Shown here piece after piece: positions 46,822 to 59,642 of a stretch of 64,000 nt of DNA (within the stretch, counting starts at the first letter, position 1; each line of letters starts with the position of its first letter). The DNA comes from Lepidodermella squamata. Lineage: Eukaryota > Animalia > Gastrotricha. The stretch spans positions 310,001 through 374,000 of the forward strand of contig JBLDXI010000042.1 in the NCBI GenBank assembly GCA_047495785.1, read 5' to 3'. Made by a program: the position numbers and the translations under genes. The notes beneath the pieces were generated by a model. It did not search any database and was not told the origin of the DNA. It saw nothing but the letters and a program-made list of their open reading frames with translations.

Positions 46822-48980
46822 AGTGAATGAGATTGAAATGTTAATGAAAATAAATCATCTTAGGGAATCTTAGCTCGGTTTTTTTCAACATTTTGAGGCG
46901 GTGAGGTGATGAAATGATGTCGAGGCATTATTGTAGTAGCTTTGCGACGTTGAACTGTTGCTGCCAAAGACAACTGTGTTGGCTAGGCAGTGGTCAGATC
47001 AGCACTAAACGAGGTGACATGATAAGCCTTGTACGCTTCGCCGCACGTGGGACGTACCGAGGGCCGTGGTGAAGACATGAGAACACTGGTGTAGATTAGT
47101 GAAGAAAGTACAAGGAAGGTGCCACTTTACACCCCTCCCTCCTTTCGTAGATAGTAATTCCGATTTCCTATCCGATCTAGAATTCCGATTTAGGGTTTCA
47201 GATTTCTATTTATAATTCCGATACAATACAATACCAATGCAAAGCCATATCGTGATTCTAATCCTCGCATTGCGTTAGGCAGTGATCCGAGTACGGGGAG
47301 TAAACCCCTCTGGCGTGAACTACTGAAATACGCAAGGGTCCCCCTGTTGATTTGCAAATTCTGGGCTCAAAATGCTCGAAGCGCGTGCTTCTTCTTGCGC
47401 CTGAGATTCTCGTGCGGATGGACCCCATGGAACGCAGCGCAAGTGGCTACCGAAGCCCCTCCATGTGCCTAGCTGATTATACATTGTAGTGCACAGTTCG
47501 CCGGCTATTGCGCCGACTGAAACATCAGCTAAAGCAACCTGTTGAGAAGCAAATTATCATCAACAAAAGACGCGAAATGGCTATGAGATCATACCAAAAA
47601 AGAGCGATAACCAAAAGAAGCTTTGCCATGATGACTGTAAAGATTGAGCAGATAATTCCTGTGTGTGCCCAGTGTTTGCTCTCCAGCCGCCAATGGTGTT
47701 GACGCTCTGGCAAAGTGCTGTTCGAGTATCTTGCCTAAGCTCATTTTATTCTCTTCGTTTCAAACTTCACAGGAATTATCTGCTCAATTTTTCGAGTCAT
47801 CATGGCAAAGCTTCTATGGCGGACGTTGAATCCAGCAGCGATAGTGAATTGTGTGTCAGAGGTTGCCAATCAATGTGGTGCACAACGCCCTCTGAGCCAT
47901 TTGCGACTCCACGACGAACAGACTGGTTTGACTTCAGACGAACTCGCATACCCTAGTTTGAGGCACGGTACATGGCACATACTGGTGAAATGAAAATTAA
48001 ATGAGAATTACCAGGAAGAGATACAAAACCTATGGCAAATTTGATGTAGCACTATCTGGTTGGGAATAAAAGGTTTTCAAAACATCAGGATCGATAGGCC
48101 GCCCATTACTTCCGGTAGTTATGACACTCGGTGCTCTGCGATCCACTTCAAGTTTTCTTTCCACACTCCAGCAATAGCCCCCATTCGGGATCAACAGCGA
48201 ATCGCACTGTGTAAAATTGAGGGATCAAGTGGATAATTGACGTTAAAAACAAAGCCCTTACACCCCCCTTATTGTGAGTAGTCAGCTTATACTGATGTTA
48301 TGTCTATGAAATGAAGCAAGAAACGAACGCATGGCTCATTTCTCGTCTACTGCCCTCACTTATCAAATCATCCTCGAATACCAAATTTCAGCCTGTAAGA
48401 CCTATTTCTACAGTGTTGGATTATATCTTGAGACTTTTACTTTTGGCGTCACTATGCGGCATATTTTAAGTTGGATTTCGTTTAACTTCACTGATCCCTG
48501 ATGGTGGATTGAACACTGAGCCTATGGCATATCTGATTTTGATGTGAAAAAGACTTGAACCTAGAGCTTGGGCAAATATTTAAATAATATAAATGACCCG
48601 GTTTTATATCATGCACTTGAATGACCCTCAAAATGTCAACTTCTGATGAGTTCAACAAGCTCGCGTCTGTTGTTGTGTTCAAGGCATGGGACATGGCGCT
48701 TTAATCACGACTCATTAGTGTACGTTTTTACAGAAAAATCATCACCCATCGCTAAATTAGCCACCATGGCTGCATAAAAATGACAAGACGTAATTAAGGC
48801 AAGACTGTGATGCCCTGGCGTACTGTCTGAATCTGCAGAAAACAGACAAATTATAAAATTAGGCTTCGCGTTATTCAGTCACACGATTACCTCGTGCGTC
48901 TGCCGTCTGCGTACTTGCTAAATAAAAGCTCAAATATGATGATGAACCACAACTCTCAACATTTTATCCTTAATAAAATA

Positions 48981-51287
48981 ATGAAACCAAAGTTTTATAA
49001 ATTAGCGTTGATTCTCGCCGTGTTCATGGTTCGGTCAATTCATGGACAGAATACTAAGTTGGAGATGTTTTTCGGCACCACCGTAATTCAGGTTCTCGAT
49101 CCGGCTGGTGACATTTGTCCTCATGTTCAAAAGCTGATTATCGACATGGTCAACAAGAGGGACGACATCTTGCCCGGCTACGAGTTGGTCGCCTTTAACC
49201 AGGACGAAGGACCAGGAAGTGTTCCGTTAACCCAGCGAGTGATTGAATTCTACAGGAGACCATCAGCAAATAACTCAGTAAAATCGCCTGTTGTTTATGC
49301 GGGAGGCTACACTGCTGGATGCAAATCTCTGGCGCAAATTCTTCACCATTCAGATTTGGTCGGTATTTCCCCGGTTTGTCTATCGCCCTCTTTCACCGCC
49401 AATCGGTTATTATTTCCTAATTTCTATCGCATCCGTCCTTCCGGAGAGGCGCTAGCCCTGCCCAGGCTACATTTCATCAAAACGCTCGGTGGCTGGCGAA
49501 AGATTGCGATACTTGCGAATGCCGGCTCCACGATTGTCAACTTTCACGTTGCATCGTACTTCTACAATCTTGCAGTTACGAATGGCGTTCAAGTTGTGCA
49601 TTACGATGCAGCTTTTGACTTGAACGACGACTTGTTATCCGGATTAAAACGCTCACGCGCAAGGGTGATTCACGCGCAAGGGTGAGTATATGAAATTTCA
49701 GATTCCACAAATGCTATGCTGTTTCTTTGCAAATGCTTCAGTTTCGGCTTGACTGGACCTCGGTACGTTTTCATCATGGCTGGTAACGCTTATGGAGATC
49801 TAAGTCTTAGGCCCGATGCTATTGCCCCGGGATGTACCAAGGCCATAGTGTCTCAACAATATAAATCGACTGTTTTTATCGGATCTATCTGGTCAAGCTT
49901 CGGAGTTGAAAACAGGGGTAAAACAAGTCTAGGCTATGACACCAGACAGTTTGACGAAATGCTCGATAAAGCGGTTCCCGATGCGAGAAACATGTCTGGC
50001 TACAGCAGGCGTTACCTTTGCCATGATCAGTACCTTCAAGCCATTCTAACGCTTGATGGGGCTGAAAAGATCCTCAGCATGAAAAATATGTCTCTCAGGG
50101 ATTACGGCAAACAGCCGAAGATGGTAATGAGAGCAACGAATGAAAGTGCTGCATCTATCAGCTTCCTCGGCTTCAGGCGGGGTGTTATCGAGTATTCGAG
50201 TAGGCTTGAACAGGACTCGGAGCCTCAGTACATCTTCCAGTGGATATCAGAGGAAAATAGGGCTCGGATTAGTTACGAAATCACACTACTGCCAAACAAA
50301 ACCAATGTGAGCGATGTTTCAAGTTATGCGATTCGTAATTTCGAACCTTTCGTCTGGTACACGGAGACTAAGCAAGCCCCAGCTGATTGGCCGGGCGAGG
50401 AAATTGAGGTTACTCACGTCACACATGCTTTTCTCATCTTTGCATGCGTCTTCAACGGAGTAGCGATCCTCGCCCAGTTGCTGGCTTTAGTTTCCAAGTT
50501 TGAAATTGATAGGATTGTTTTTGCCCTGGCTTGGATGCTACTCAATGCAGCTTCGATCCTGTTCGCCTTGAATGTTCACTCGGCAGCTGTCTGCAATATG
50601 AAATATATATTCCTTGTCATTGGAGCAACCGTCGTTCATTTAACTCTATATCGCAAGCTGGCTTCTTACGTGACTTCGAAGCGCCGTGTCACTATTTTAT
50701 CCTACAATTTGAAGACGAATGTATATCCTATTAGGTTTCCGTCTGTTTCATCAAAACAAGTGAGGAAGAGAGGCTCTTCGCGTCTGCAATTACTGTTCGC
50801 CAATGTTGCACCCGCCCTTGTCCTAGTCATTAGTTTATCGATATTAGCCGCATGGCTGGTCAACAATCCAATGGAGTCACGTATTAAGATCATCCAGAGT
50901 GAGTACGTCTCAGAACGTGACATCTTAAGCCATGTCTATATCGAAATGTGCGAGGGTAGCGATGTTGAGGATTTGAAATTCATGATGACGCTAGCGGCGA
51001 TCGACCTAATTCCTGCAGGCGCTGCTGTCCTATTAGCAATAGCCATTGCTAAGGTCGAAGAGCCGGAAATCGAACGCTATCGCATGGCCTCACTCATCAA
51101 TTTGCCATTGCTCATCGCAGCGATTTTCATTATTTTAGTATCAAATAATTACTATGTAACACAACAAATCGTTGCTTCTGTCGCTTGTATGAATATTTCG
51201 GTTATGACCAGTGGCATCTTACTTTTCTCTGATACAGCTCTAGTGACTGTCCGCCGATTGGTTGAATTTATAACAAGTAAAATGTGA
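48981..51287 (+). pseudogene. Class C GPCR paralog with an in-frame 15-nt duplication containing TGA
   Basis: cacgcgcaagggtga inserted at 49671-49685; ORFs 48894-49685 and 49716-51287 are in the same frame. Confidence 0.88.
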
Positions 51288-53332
51288 TTTAAGTATTTAT
51301 CAGAATAAATCGTAGTGATTTGGTTGCTAACCTACTATATTTTGCCATAAGATGCCCACAAGACTCTTGAATGTTCCCATATACGAGTGGCCTATAGGAC
51401 ACGATTCGAGAAACCAGTGTGCGAAGTACGGGGGTTACCGTACCTCCAACCTCGAAAGGTGTTGGGAAGAAAACCAAAAAACCACAGGGGTACCCTCTTG
51501 TCGACCGCCGGAGTTGACCCCTCAGCTCTTTTAGAGCTCTTTCAGAATATCTTTTAGCCTGTTGCGGAACCTAGTTTTAGGTAAGCAAAATGTCTTTTTT
51601 TTTTAATTCAACGAATATTAAGGAAATGCATGAATTCTATAATGAGGAATGTGACTTACACAGAATTTTACGCGGAATTTAATGCTGAATTACAAATTAT
51701 GCTGATGAATCATGACAAACTTGTAAGCTTCATTTGGTTCCGCTAAAAGTAAGACGCAAACTCTCTGACTTTTATCCCGATGTTCAAGTACAGGCGGTAA
51801 GTACCCTAAACAACAGGCAACGCCAGCACATTTAATATCATTGTGATTGCCCTAAATCCTAAATCCACCCTGTGATCCGACTGCGGGGGTAAGGGTGTGA
51901 CGCGTACCCCATCAGGTCCGGACATTTGGATTTTTCAAAGCAGAAAGGTCCATTACGTTTCCAAAATTTGGGAAAAGGGCTGGAAAAATGCTGTCTACCA
52001 CCCATCTGCTGGGCCTATTCAGATCGCTGAATCGACCATACCAATTAGAGTGATTTAAACATCCTATTTTCACGAGAAATAGCAGCTGAAAAATGCTCAT
52101 TTTGGTATTTTCAGAAATGAATCGCCCATAAATATTCTCGTTTCGCTCGCTTCCTGGTTTGATATTAGATACGAAGACTGCAGAATGGACCAAAGTCCCA
52201 TAGACAAATTCTCGCACACAAAACACTCTCTCGGTGACATTTTTTGATGAAGTCACGTTAGCTTAGTTAGCTAATGTCTCCTAATTCTAGGTTTACAGTC
52301 ATGTAAAGGAACTTCAAATGATCCCGACTAAGTACGTGATGGCGAGCATCATCTTTCGAAAACCTGCCCAACCTAGCCTCCGCGATGTCATAAAAATGAA
52401 AAGCCATAATTTCAGTTGCATTCTTATACCCTGACGCGATGTCCGGATATCCTTACAACGGACAAGATTTTTCTTCAGAATCAGTGTAGTAGGTAGCGGA
52501 GGAGGGTTTTTTTTCTTTCTTTCAAACGACTTCCTGTGGATCTTATGGATGACATAGCAGAATGCTCAACAACAGAACAGATTCGATATGAAAATGACGA
52601 AGAAGAAAAGATGAAACACGATGTAATCTCATTATCGATTAGCAGCTTCAATAAGTGTCTTTTATTCGGATGTTCTTAATGGGGAATCCAGAGCTGGAAA
52701 AATCGCAGATATGACATGACGCACCAGGTGCGTAGGAAATTTTTAGGGAAAAAAAGTAAAATTGAAGGAAATAATGGTTTAGCAGGAAATTACGGTGCGT
52801 AGGAATTCCTGCAGGTTTTCCAGCTCTGGGGAAATCAATCGGAGTAAATAATGTAAAATGTTCATCGAGTTGGAAAGTTTGCGGAAACACGTAAACACGT
52901 TTTGTTCACAAAATTTGAAATCAATACCTCGGTTTGAATTAAAAGAAATACCTAAAAGCTTCCGACTGCTGTGATAACGGACAACTTATTCTAGTGTCGC
53001 CTCCACCCTTCCTTACATGCTTTAGTATCAACTCAATATTTTCACTTGCCCTGTTTCCACTTTTTCTGACTAGCAAGAGCTTTTTTGTTTCTTATCATCT
53101 TTATAATTCGTTAATTTTCTAAAATTCAGCCCATCCGTGAGGAGAATCTTGTTTTAATTCCCAGACGAACGGTTATTTTTCTTAAATAGTATTTGGTCAT
53201 TGTGTTCCATTGCGTTTCTTGGTGGAGAAATTGTTTGAGGGTCTGTTTATTTTGTGAAGAATCTGGTTGAAAAATTAGCTATCAGGAAATTTCCCTGGCC
53301 ATTTTTGCGATTGATCGCTTTGTAATTAGTTA

Positions 53333-53508
53333 CCGTATTTGTTCCAATAGTAGCCCATTCACTAATAATCGCCCCATCCCAAGTAGCCCGGGGTTGAGGG
53401 GTCAAGTCGGTTCGAAAACATGAAAAATCAAATTAATTTGTGAAATTTTCATAATTTCGAGGTTAAAATTTTAGTAGCCCGGCTGGTGTAGGAATTTGTT
53501 GCATACGG
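53333..53508. mobile_element. Short TA|CCGTAT MITE, similar in type to 37713-38203
   Basis: taccgtat..atacggta with internal agtagccc repeats. Confidence 0.55.
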
Positions 53509-53624
53509 TATTTGTTGCGAGCTTTTTTACTCGAGGACATTAATGCCTTATGACCTGAGTTAGGAGTTAGCAATTTGTCATTTATATTTATTCAGTAATC
53601 CGAAATGTTACACTGATGAAAACG

Positions 53625-53915
53625 CTTTTAGAGGAACACTTTCTGATGAGGCGACCTAGCTGCTGTCCCTTATTCGAGGTGTTCAATCACGGAAGGCGAC
53701 GTCGCGTGATGCTGGACGACGTACGTCATAGTGTACGCTTTTTGGATAATCCGGCCAATTATCATACGAAATTATAATATAAAATTGCAAATACAAAATT
53801 ATGGCTGAGTTCTTATACCTTGACGCGATGTCCGACCTCCAGGGAAGACATTAGTTAATTAATTAGGGTTCTCGTTATCAACCAAAGCGCATACCTGAGC
53901 GCTAAATATAAGAGC
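53625..53915 (+). promoter_or_regulatory. Conserved receptor upstream block
   Basis: Paralogous to 4861-5180 and 44190-44500. Confidence 0.75.
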
Positions 53916-53955
53916 GACCAATATTTCAAATCCTAGCATTTTTTGACTCATAAAG

Positions 53956-56226
53956 ATGACAATAACGTTTTCTCAATTTGCGGCATTATTCTTTGTCTTC
54001 ATCGCACATTCAGTCAATGGGCAAAACACCAAGTTGGAAATGTTTTTCGGGTACACCAGCATTCAAGCCTCCGATCCCGCTAACGACATTTGTCCTCACG
54101 TTCAAAAGCTGATGTTCGACATTGTCAGCAAGCGGAACGACATATTGCCCGGCTACGAATTGGTCGCCTATAACCAGGACGAAGGGCCAGGGAGTGTTCT
54201 GCTAGCCAAACGTGTCATTGAGTTCTACAGGCAATCACCGGCTAACAATTCCATGAAATCGCCCGTTGTTATCGCTGGAGGCTTCACAGCTGGATGCAAA
54301 TCTCTTGCGCAAATCGTTCACCATTCGAATTTGGTTGCTATCGCCCCAGTTTGTCTCTCACCCTCTTTCACTGCTAATCGGGCATTGTTTCCGAATTTAT
54401 ATCGTATCCGACCTTCCGGCGAGTCATTGGCTCTCCCGAGGCTCAACTTCATCAAAAACCTCGGTAATTGGCAAAAAATCGCAATACTAGCTAATGCCGG
54501 CGCTACAATTGTCAACTATTACGTTGCATCTTACTTCTACGATCTGGCCGTCAAAAATGGCATTGAAGTAGTCCATTACGATGCAGCCTTTGATTTGACT
54601 GACGACATGATATGGAGCTTGAAGCAATCAGGGGCAAGGGTGATTGTGTACGAAGTTTTCGATGCAAATAGTGTCTCGATGTTTCTTTGCAAATGCTTCA
54701 GTCTCGGCTTGACTGGGCCTCGGTACGTTTTCATCCTACCTAATAACGCCTATTCGGATGTTAGTAAACGGCCTGAAGTTATCGCCCCGGGGTGTACTAA
54801 GGCCATTGTAAGCGAACAGCATAAATATACAGTTTATATCGGATCAATATGGACGAGCTTTGGGGTCGAAATCAAGGGTAAAACCAGTCTGGGCTATGAT
54901 GCGAAGGAGTTCGACGAGATGCTAGGCAGAGCAGTTCCCCAGGGAAGAAACTTGTCTAACTACGACAGGCGTTTCCTCTGCCACGATCAGTACCTTCAAG
55001 CTATTCTAACGCTAGATGGGGCTGAGAAGATTCTGAAGATGAAGAATATGTCCCTCAAAGATTACAGCAATCAGCCGGAGATTGTAATGAGAGCAACGAA
55101 TGAAAGTGCCGCCTCCATCAAATTTGGCGGATTCAGAAGGGGCGTTATCGAGTTTTCAAGTCGGCTTGAGCAGGATTCGGAACCTCTGTACACCGTCCAG
55201 TGGTTACCTGAGGAAAATAGAGCCCGGATCAACTACGAAATGACTCTTCGGGCGAACAAAACCAACGTAAGTGATGTGGCAAGCTATGATGTTCGCAGTT
55301 TTGAACCATACGTCTGGTACACGGAGACTAAGCAGCCTCCAGCCGATTGGCCAGGCGAAGAAATCGACATAATCCACGTCCCGGATTCTTATCTCATCTT
55401 CGCATGTGTCTCGAGCGGAATAGCGACCGTCGCCCAAATGCTGGCCGTGATTTCGGATATTGATTTGCGTAAGATTATTTTCTCCTTAGCTTGCATGCTA
55501 CTGAACGCAGCTTCGATTCTGTTTGCCCTAAATGTTCACTCAGCAACTGTCTGCAATATGAAGTACATTTTTCTTGTCATTGGAGCGACCGTCGTTCATT
55601 TGATTCTTTATCGAAAGTTGGCATCACACGTGACCACAAAGCGCCAAGCCACTTTATTTTCGTATGAATTCAAATCGACGGTATTTCCTAGGCCCCCGGC
55701 GAAGAGTCCCACAGTGACACCCAGCAGAGGGTCTAAGCGGTTGCGATTTTTGTTCGCCAATATTGTACCAATCATTGTCCTTGTCATCAGTCTATCCTTA
55801 TTAGCTGCATGGCTCGGCGAAAACCCCATGGAAACACGTATTGTGATAGTCCAAAGTGAGTATTTGTCTGAGCGTGACGTCTTGCGCCATGTCTATATCG
55901 AGACATGCGAGGCTGGTGCGAGTGACTTGAGTTTCATGATGGCGTTGGCAGTGGTCGACCTGATTCCTGCAATGGCGGCTATTCTCTTGTCCATAGCCAT
56001 AGCTAGGGTCGAAGAGCCGGAAATGAAGCGTTATCGCATGGCCTCCCTTTTCAACTTGCCCTTGGTCATCGGAGCGATTTTCATCATAATAGTGTCGTCT
56101 AATTACTACGTGACCCAGCAAATCGTTGCTTCACTCACGTGTTTCATTGTTTCATTTGTCACAAGTATTTTCGTACTTTTCTCCGATAACGCTGTTGTGA
56201 TTGTCCGTCGATTGATGCGTTTTTGA
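53956..56226 (+). CDS. Intronless class C GABA-B-like GPCR, intact, 756 aa
   Basis: Full-length ORF; closest by eye to 44544. Confidence 0.9.
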   Translation: MTITFSQFAALFFVFIAHSVNGQNTKLEMFFGYTSIQASDPANDICPHVQKLMFDIVSKRNDILPGYELVAYNQDEGPGSVLLAKRVIEFYRQSPANNSMKSPVVIAGGFTAGCKSLAQIVHHSNLVAIAPVCLSPSFTANRALFPNLYRIRPSGESLALPRLNFIKNLGNWQKIAILANAGATIVNYYVASYFYDLAVKNGIEVVHYDAAFDLTDDMIWSLKQSGARVIVYEVFDANSVSMFLCKCFSLGLTGPRYVFILPNNAYSDVSKRPEVIAPGCTKAIVSEQHKYTVYIGSIWTSFGVEIKGKTSLGYDAKEFDEMLGRAVPQGRNLSNYDRRFLCHDQYLQAILTLDGAEKILKMKNMSLKDYSNQPEIVMRATNESAASIKFGGFRRGVIEFSSRLEQDSEPLYTVQWLPEENRARINYEMTLRANKTNVSDVASYDVRSFEPYVWYTETKQPPADWPGEEIDIIHVPDSYLIFACVSSGIATVAQMLAVISDIDLRKIIFSLACMLLNAASILFALNVHSATVCNMKYIFLVIGATVVHLILYRKLASHVTTKRQATLFSYEFKSTVFPRPPAKSPTVTPSRGSKRLRFLFANIVPIIVLVISLSLLAAWLGENPMETRIVIVQSEYLSERDVLRHVYIETCEAGASDLSFMMALAVVDLIPAMAAILLSIAIARVEEPEMKRYRMASLFNLPLVIGAIFIIIVSSNYYVTQQIVASLTCFIVSFVTSIFVLFSDNAVVIVRRLMRF

Positions 56227-57003
56227 AGTGAAAATTGCATTCAAAAAACTTATCAAAATAAATGTAAATTGTCAATTTATCTCGGCTGCAGACAATGCTT
56301 CTGTAACTATGCCATAATGCCCTGTGTGAAGAGAAATGAAGTTTCGGCCTTGGCTCTTTTTGCGTTTCGAAGCTCAGTGTTGACGGAAAGGCAGTCAAAG
56401 GGAAAGCCCAGCTGTTACCCGACGGATCCGGTGAATCCTTGAAAGCGGGGAAATGTCAAAGCCCGGTAAAAACGAGTGAATGAAGGAGATTTCAAAGTTG
56501 TTCAATGATGATATTGGAAATATTGCTGATTTGGAGAACTTGGATTTGTAATTACTACTGGCAGATCAGCTCAGCTTTTACTACACAAATATATTATCTC
56601 AATTTCATTAAATTTAGTATTAAACTTGAAAATATCATCGGTTTCGATGGGCGGTCCTTCTAGCAAGTGCTATTTCTGTTTTCATTACTAATAATAATTA
56701 GCTAATTTCCTAAAAATAATTTGATAATTTGCTATTAATAGCCAAAGCGCAAGGGACATCGTTTTAAATGCCCAAACCCGAGAAGAATTGTTATTTTCCA
56801 TTTAATATATAATTTTTCTTCCACGTGCTTCCAAGTAATTGCTCGTGGATTTTTTTTCGATCCTCCTCCTTTGTCTGGTAATTATTACTTTTGAAATAAT
56901 AAGCTGAGTGCTGAGTGTAACTTCTGATGATCACCGTCATTTCGTAATAGGAAATAGGAAATGTTGTTAGTGTGATCATAAAGATCACAGAACACAAATT
57001 CTC

Positions 57004-57338
57004 GCACTCAGAATGCTCTTGTAGTGTATCTTTTGAATGAAGTCCTGATGAGCGTTGTCCTTTTAGTCGGAGGTGTTCGCTTAGGAAAGGGACAGCGCGT
57101 GGTCCCGGACAAAGTACGTGATGGCATGCGTTTTTTTTAACCCGTCCAATTAACCTCTGCTATTACATAAAAAGGCAGCAAAAATAATCTTGGCTCGATA
57201 CTCATACCCTGATGATATGTCCGAATCCCGAATCCTAAAATAGTTAGTCGAGTTATGCGTCAATTATAACCGTGAAATTAGGCTTCTCGGTATTAAGTTA
57301 CCGGCATGCCAACATTCCTCAAGCGCTAAATAAAAGCG
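57004..57338 (+). promoter_or_regulatory. Diverged receptor upstream block
   Basis: gcactcagaatgctctt, aagtacgtg, ccaatta, aattaggcttctcggtatta, gcgctaaataaaagc. Confidence 0.65.
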
Positions 57339-57377
57339 GAAATTATTTTGTTAAAATCAGCGTTTTATAGTCAAATA

Positions 57378-59642
57378 ATGAAAACAACCTTCTCTATATT
57401 TGCGGCATTTCTCGTCTTCATCGCAAATTTAGTCAATGGGCAAAACACCAAACTGGAGATGTTCTTCGGCACCACGATAATTCAAACTCTCGATCCCACA
57501 AGTGACATTTGTCCTCATGTTCAAAAGCTGATGTTCAACATTGTCAGCAAGCGGGAGGATATCTTACCCGGCTACGAGTTGGTCGCTTTCAACCAGGATG
57601 AAGGACCTGGGAGTGTTCTGCTAACCAAGCGTGTCATTGAGTTCTACAGACAACCGCCGGCCAACAATTCCGTGAAATCGCCTGTTGTTATCGCAGGAGG
57701 TTTCACTGCTGGGTGCAAATCTCTTGCGCAAATTGTTCACCATTCGAATTTGGTCGCTATTGCCCCAGTTTGTCTATCGCCTTCGTTCACCGCCAATAGG
57801 GCATTGTTTCCAAATTTCTATCGCATCCGTCCTTCCGGAGAGGCACTAGCCCTGCCCAGGCTTAACTTCATCAAGGCGATCGGTGGATGGCGAAAGATTG
57901 CGATACTAGCGAATGCTGGCTCTACGATAGTCAACTTTCACGTTGCATCCTATTTCTACGATATGGCTGTCAAAAATGGATTAGAAGTTGTGCATTACGA
58001 CGCAGCTTTTGACTTGACTGACGACTTGATATGGGGCTTGAAGCAATCAGGGGCAAGGGTGATTGTATATGAAATTTCCGATCCGCCTACTGCTATGCTT
58101 TTTCTTTGCAAATGCTTCAGTTTCGGCTTGACTGGGCCTCGGTACGTTTTCATCATGGGTGGTAACGCTTATGGGGATTTAAGTACAACTCCTGACGTTG
58201 TCGATCAGGATTGTACCAAGGCTACTGTCCTGCAACAGTATAAATCTACAGTTTTCATTGGATCGCTAGGTTCAAGTTTTGGCGTTGAAAACACGGGTAA
58301 AACCAGTCTTGGATATGATGCGAAGCAGTTTGACGAAATGCTAGACAAGGCAGTTCCTCAAGCGAAAAACCTTTCCAACTACGGCAAACGTTTCCTCTGC
58401 CACGATCAGTACCTTCAAGCTATCCTAACGCTAGACGGGGCTGAGAAGATTCTGAAGATGAAGAATATGTCTCTCAAGGATTACAGTAACCAGCCGGAGA
58501 TAGTGATGGACGCTGCGAATAAAAGTGCTGCATCAATCAGATTCGTAGGCTTTAGACAAGGCGTTATCGAGTATTCTAGTCGGCTGGAAATGGATTCGGA
58601 GCCTCAGTACATCGTTCAGTGGTTACCAGAGGATAATAGAGCTCTGATCAACTTCGAAATCTATCTATTGCCGAACAAAACAAACGTCAGTGACATCTCG
58701 AGTTTCGCTATTCGCAGTTTCGAACCTTACGTCTGGTACACGGAGACTAAGCAGCCTCCAGCCGATTGGCCGGGCGAGGAAATCAGCGTAATCCATGTCC
58801 CAGATGCTTTTCTCATCTTTGCCTGCGTTTCTAGTGGAATAGTAACCTTTTGGCAACTGCTAGCACTGATCGCGAAAATTGAATTTCGCAGGATTATTTT
58901 TTTCCATGCATGCTTGTTACTCAACGCAGCTTCCAGCCTTTTCGCGCTGAATGTTCATTCTGCAGCGGTTTGTAACGCTAAGTACTTATTCCTGGTCATT
59001 GGAGCAACAGTCGTGCATTTGGTTCTCTATCGAAAGTTGGCATCACAAGTGACCACAAAGCGCCGAGCTACTATATTCTCGTACGACTTTCGAACGATGG
59101 TAATTCCAAGGCTATCGGCTAGGGTGGTGGAGAGAGGATCCAAGCGGTTGCAATTACTGTTCGCTAATGTTGCACCCATAATTGTCCTATTCATAAGTTT
59201 ATCAATATTAGCTGCATGGCTCGTCGAAAATCCTATGGAATCACGTATTAAGATCTCCCTCAGTGAGTATGTTGCTGAACGTGATATCTTTCGCCATGTC
59301 TATACAGATATATGCGAGGGTAGTGGTGCAACGGACTTGAATTTCATGATGGCGTTAGCAGCTGTTGACCTAGTTCCTGCAGGCGCGTCTGTCCTCTTAT
59401 CAATAGCCATAGCTAAGGTCGAAGAACCGGAAATCAAGCGTTATCGCATGGCCTCCCTTATCAACTTGCCCTTAGTCATCGGGGCGATTTTCATGGTTGT
59501 AGCATCAACCAATTTATATGTAACCCAGCAAATTGTTGCATCTCTCGCATGTTTGAGTATTTCAGGTCTGACCAGTGGGTTTGTACTATTCTCAGATAAA
59601 GCTGCAGCGGTTGCACGTCGATCGATTGAATTTTTTAAGTGA
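57378..59642 (+). CDS. Intronless class C GABA-B-like GPCR, intact (754 aa from ATG 57378)
   Basis: Full-length paralog with signal peptide. Confidence 0.9.
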   Translation: MKTTFSIFAAFLVFIANLVNGQNTKLEMFFGTTIIQTLDPTSDICPHVQKLMFNIVSKREDILPGYELVAFNQDEGPGSVLLTKRVIEFYRQPPANNSVKSPVVIAGGFTAGCKSLAQIVHHSNLVAIAPVCLSPSFTANRALFPNFYRIRPSGEALALPRLNFIKAIGGWRKIAILANAGSTIVNFHVASYFYDMAVKNGLEVVHYDAAFDLTDDLIWGLKQSGARVIVYEISDPPTAMLFLCKCFSFGLTGPRYVFIMGGNAYGDLSTTPDVVDQDCTKATVLQQYKSTVFIGSLGSSFGVENTGKTSLGYDAKQFDEMLDKAVPQAKNLSNYGKRFLCHDQYLQAILTLDGAEKILKMKNMSLKDYSNQPEIVMDAANKSAASIRFVGFRQGVIEYSSRLEMDSEPQYIVQWLPEDNRALINFEIYLLPNKTNVSDISSFAIRSFEPYVWYTETKQPPADWPGEEISVIHVPDAFLIFACVSSGIVTFWQLLALIAKIEFRRIIFFHACLLLNAASSLFALNVHSAAVCNAKYLFLVIGATVVHLVLYRKLASQVTTKRRATIFSYDFRTMVIPRLSARVVERGSKRLQLLFANVAPIIVLFISLSILAAWLVENPMESRIKISLSEYVAERDIFRHVYTDICEGSGATDLNFMMALAAVDLVPAGASVLLSIAIAKVEEPEIKRYRMASLINLPLVIGAIFMVVASTNLYVTQQIVASLACLSISGLTSGFVLFSDKAAAVARRSIEFFK

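Noticed and set aside
47500-48000. Cys-containing short ORFs, possibly a gene relic
   Set aside because: No consistent frame or recognisable domain.
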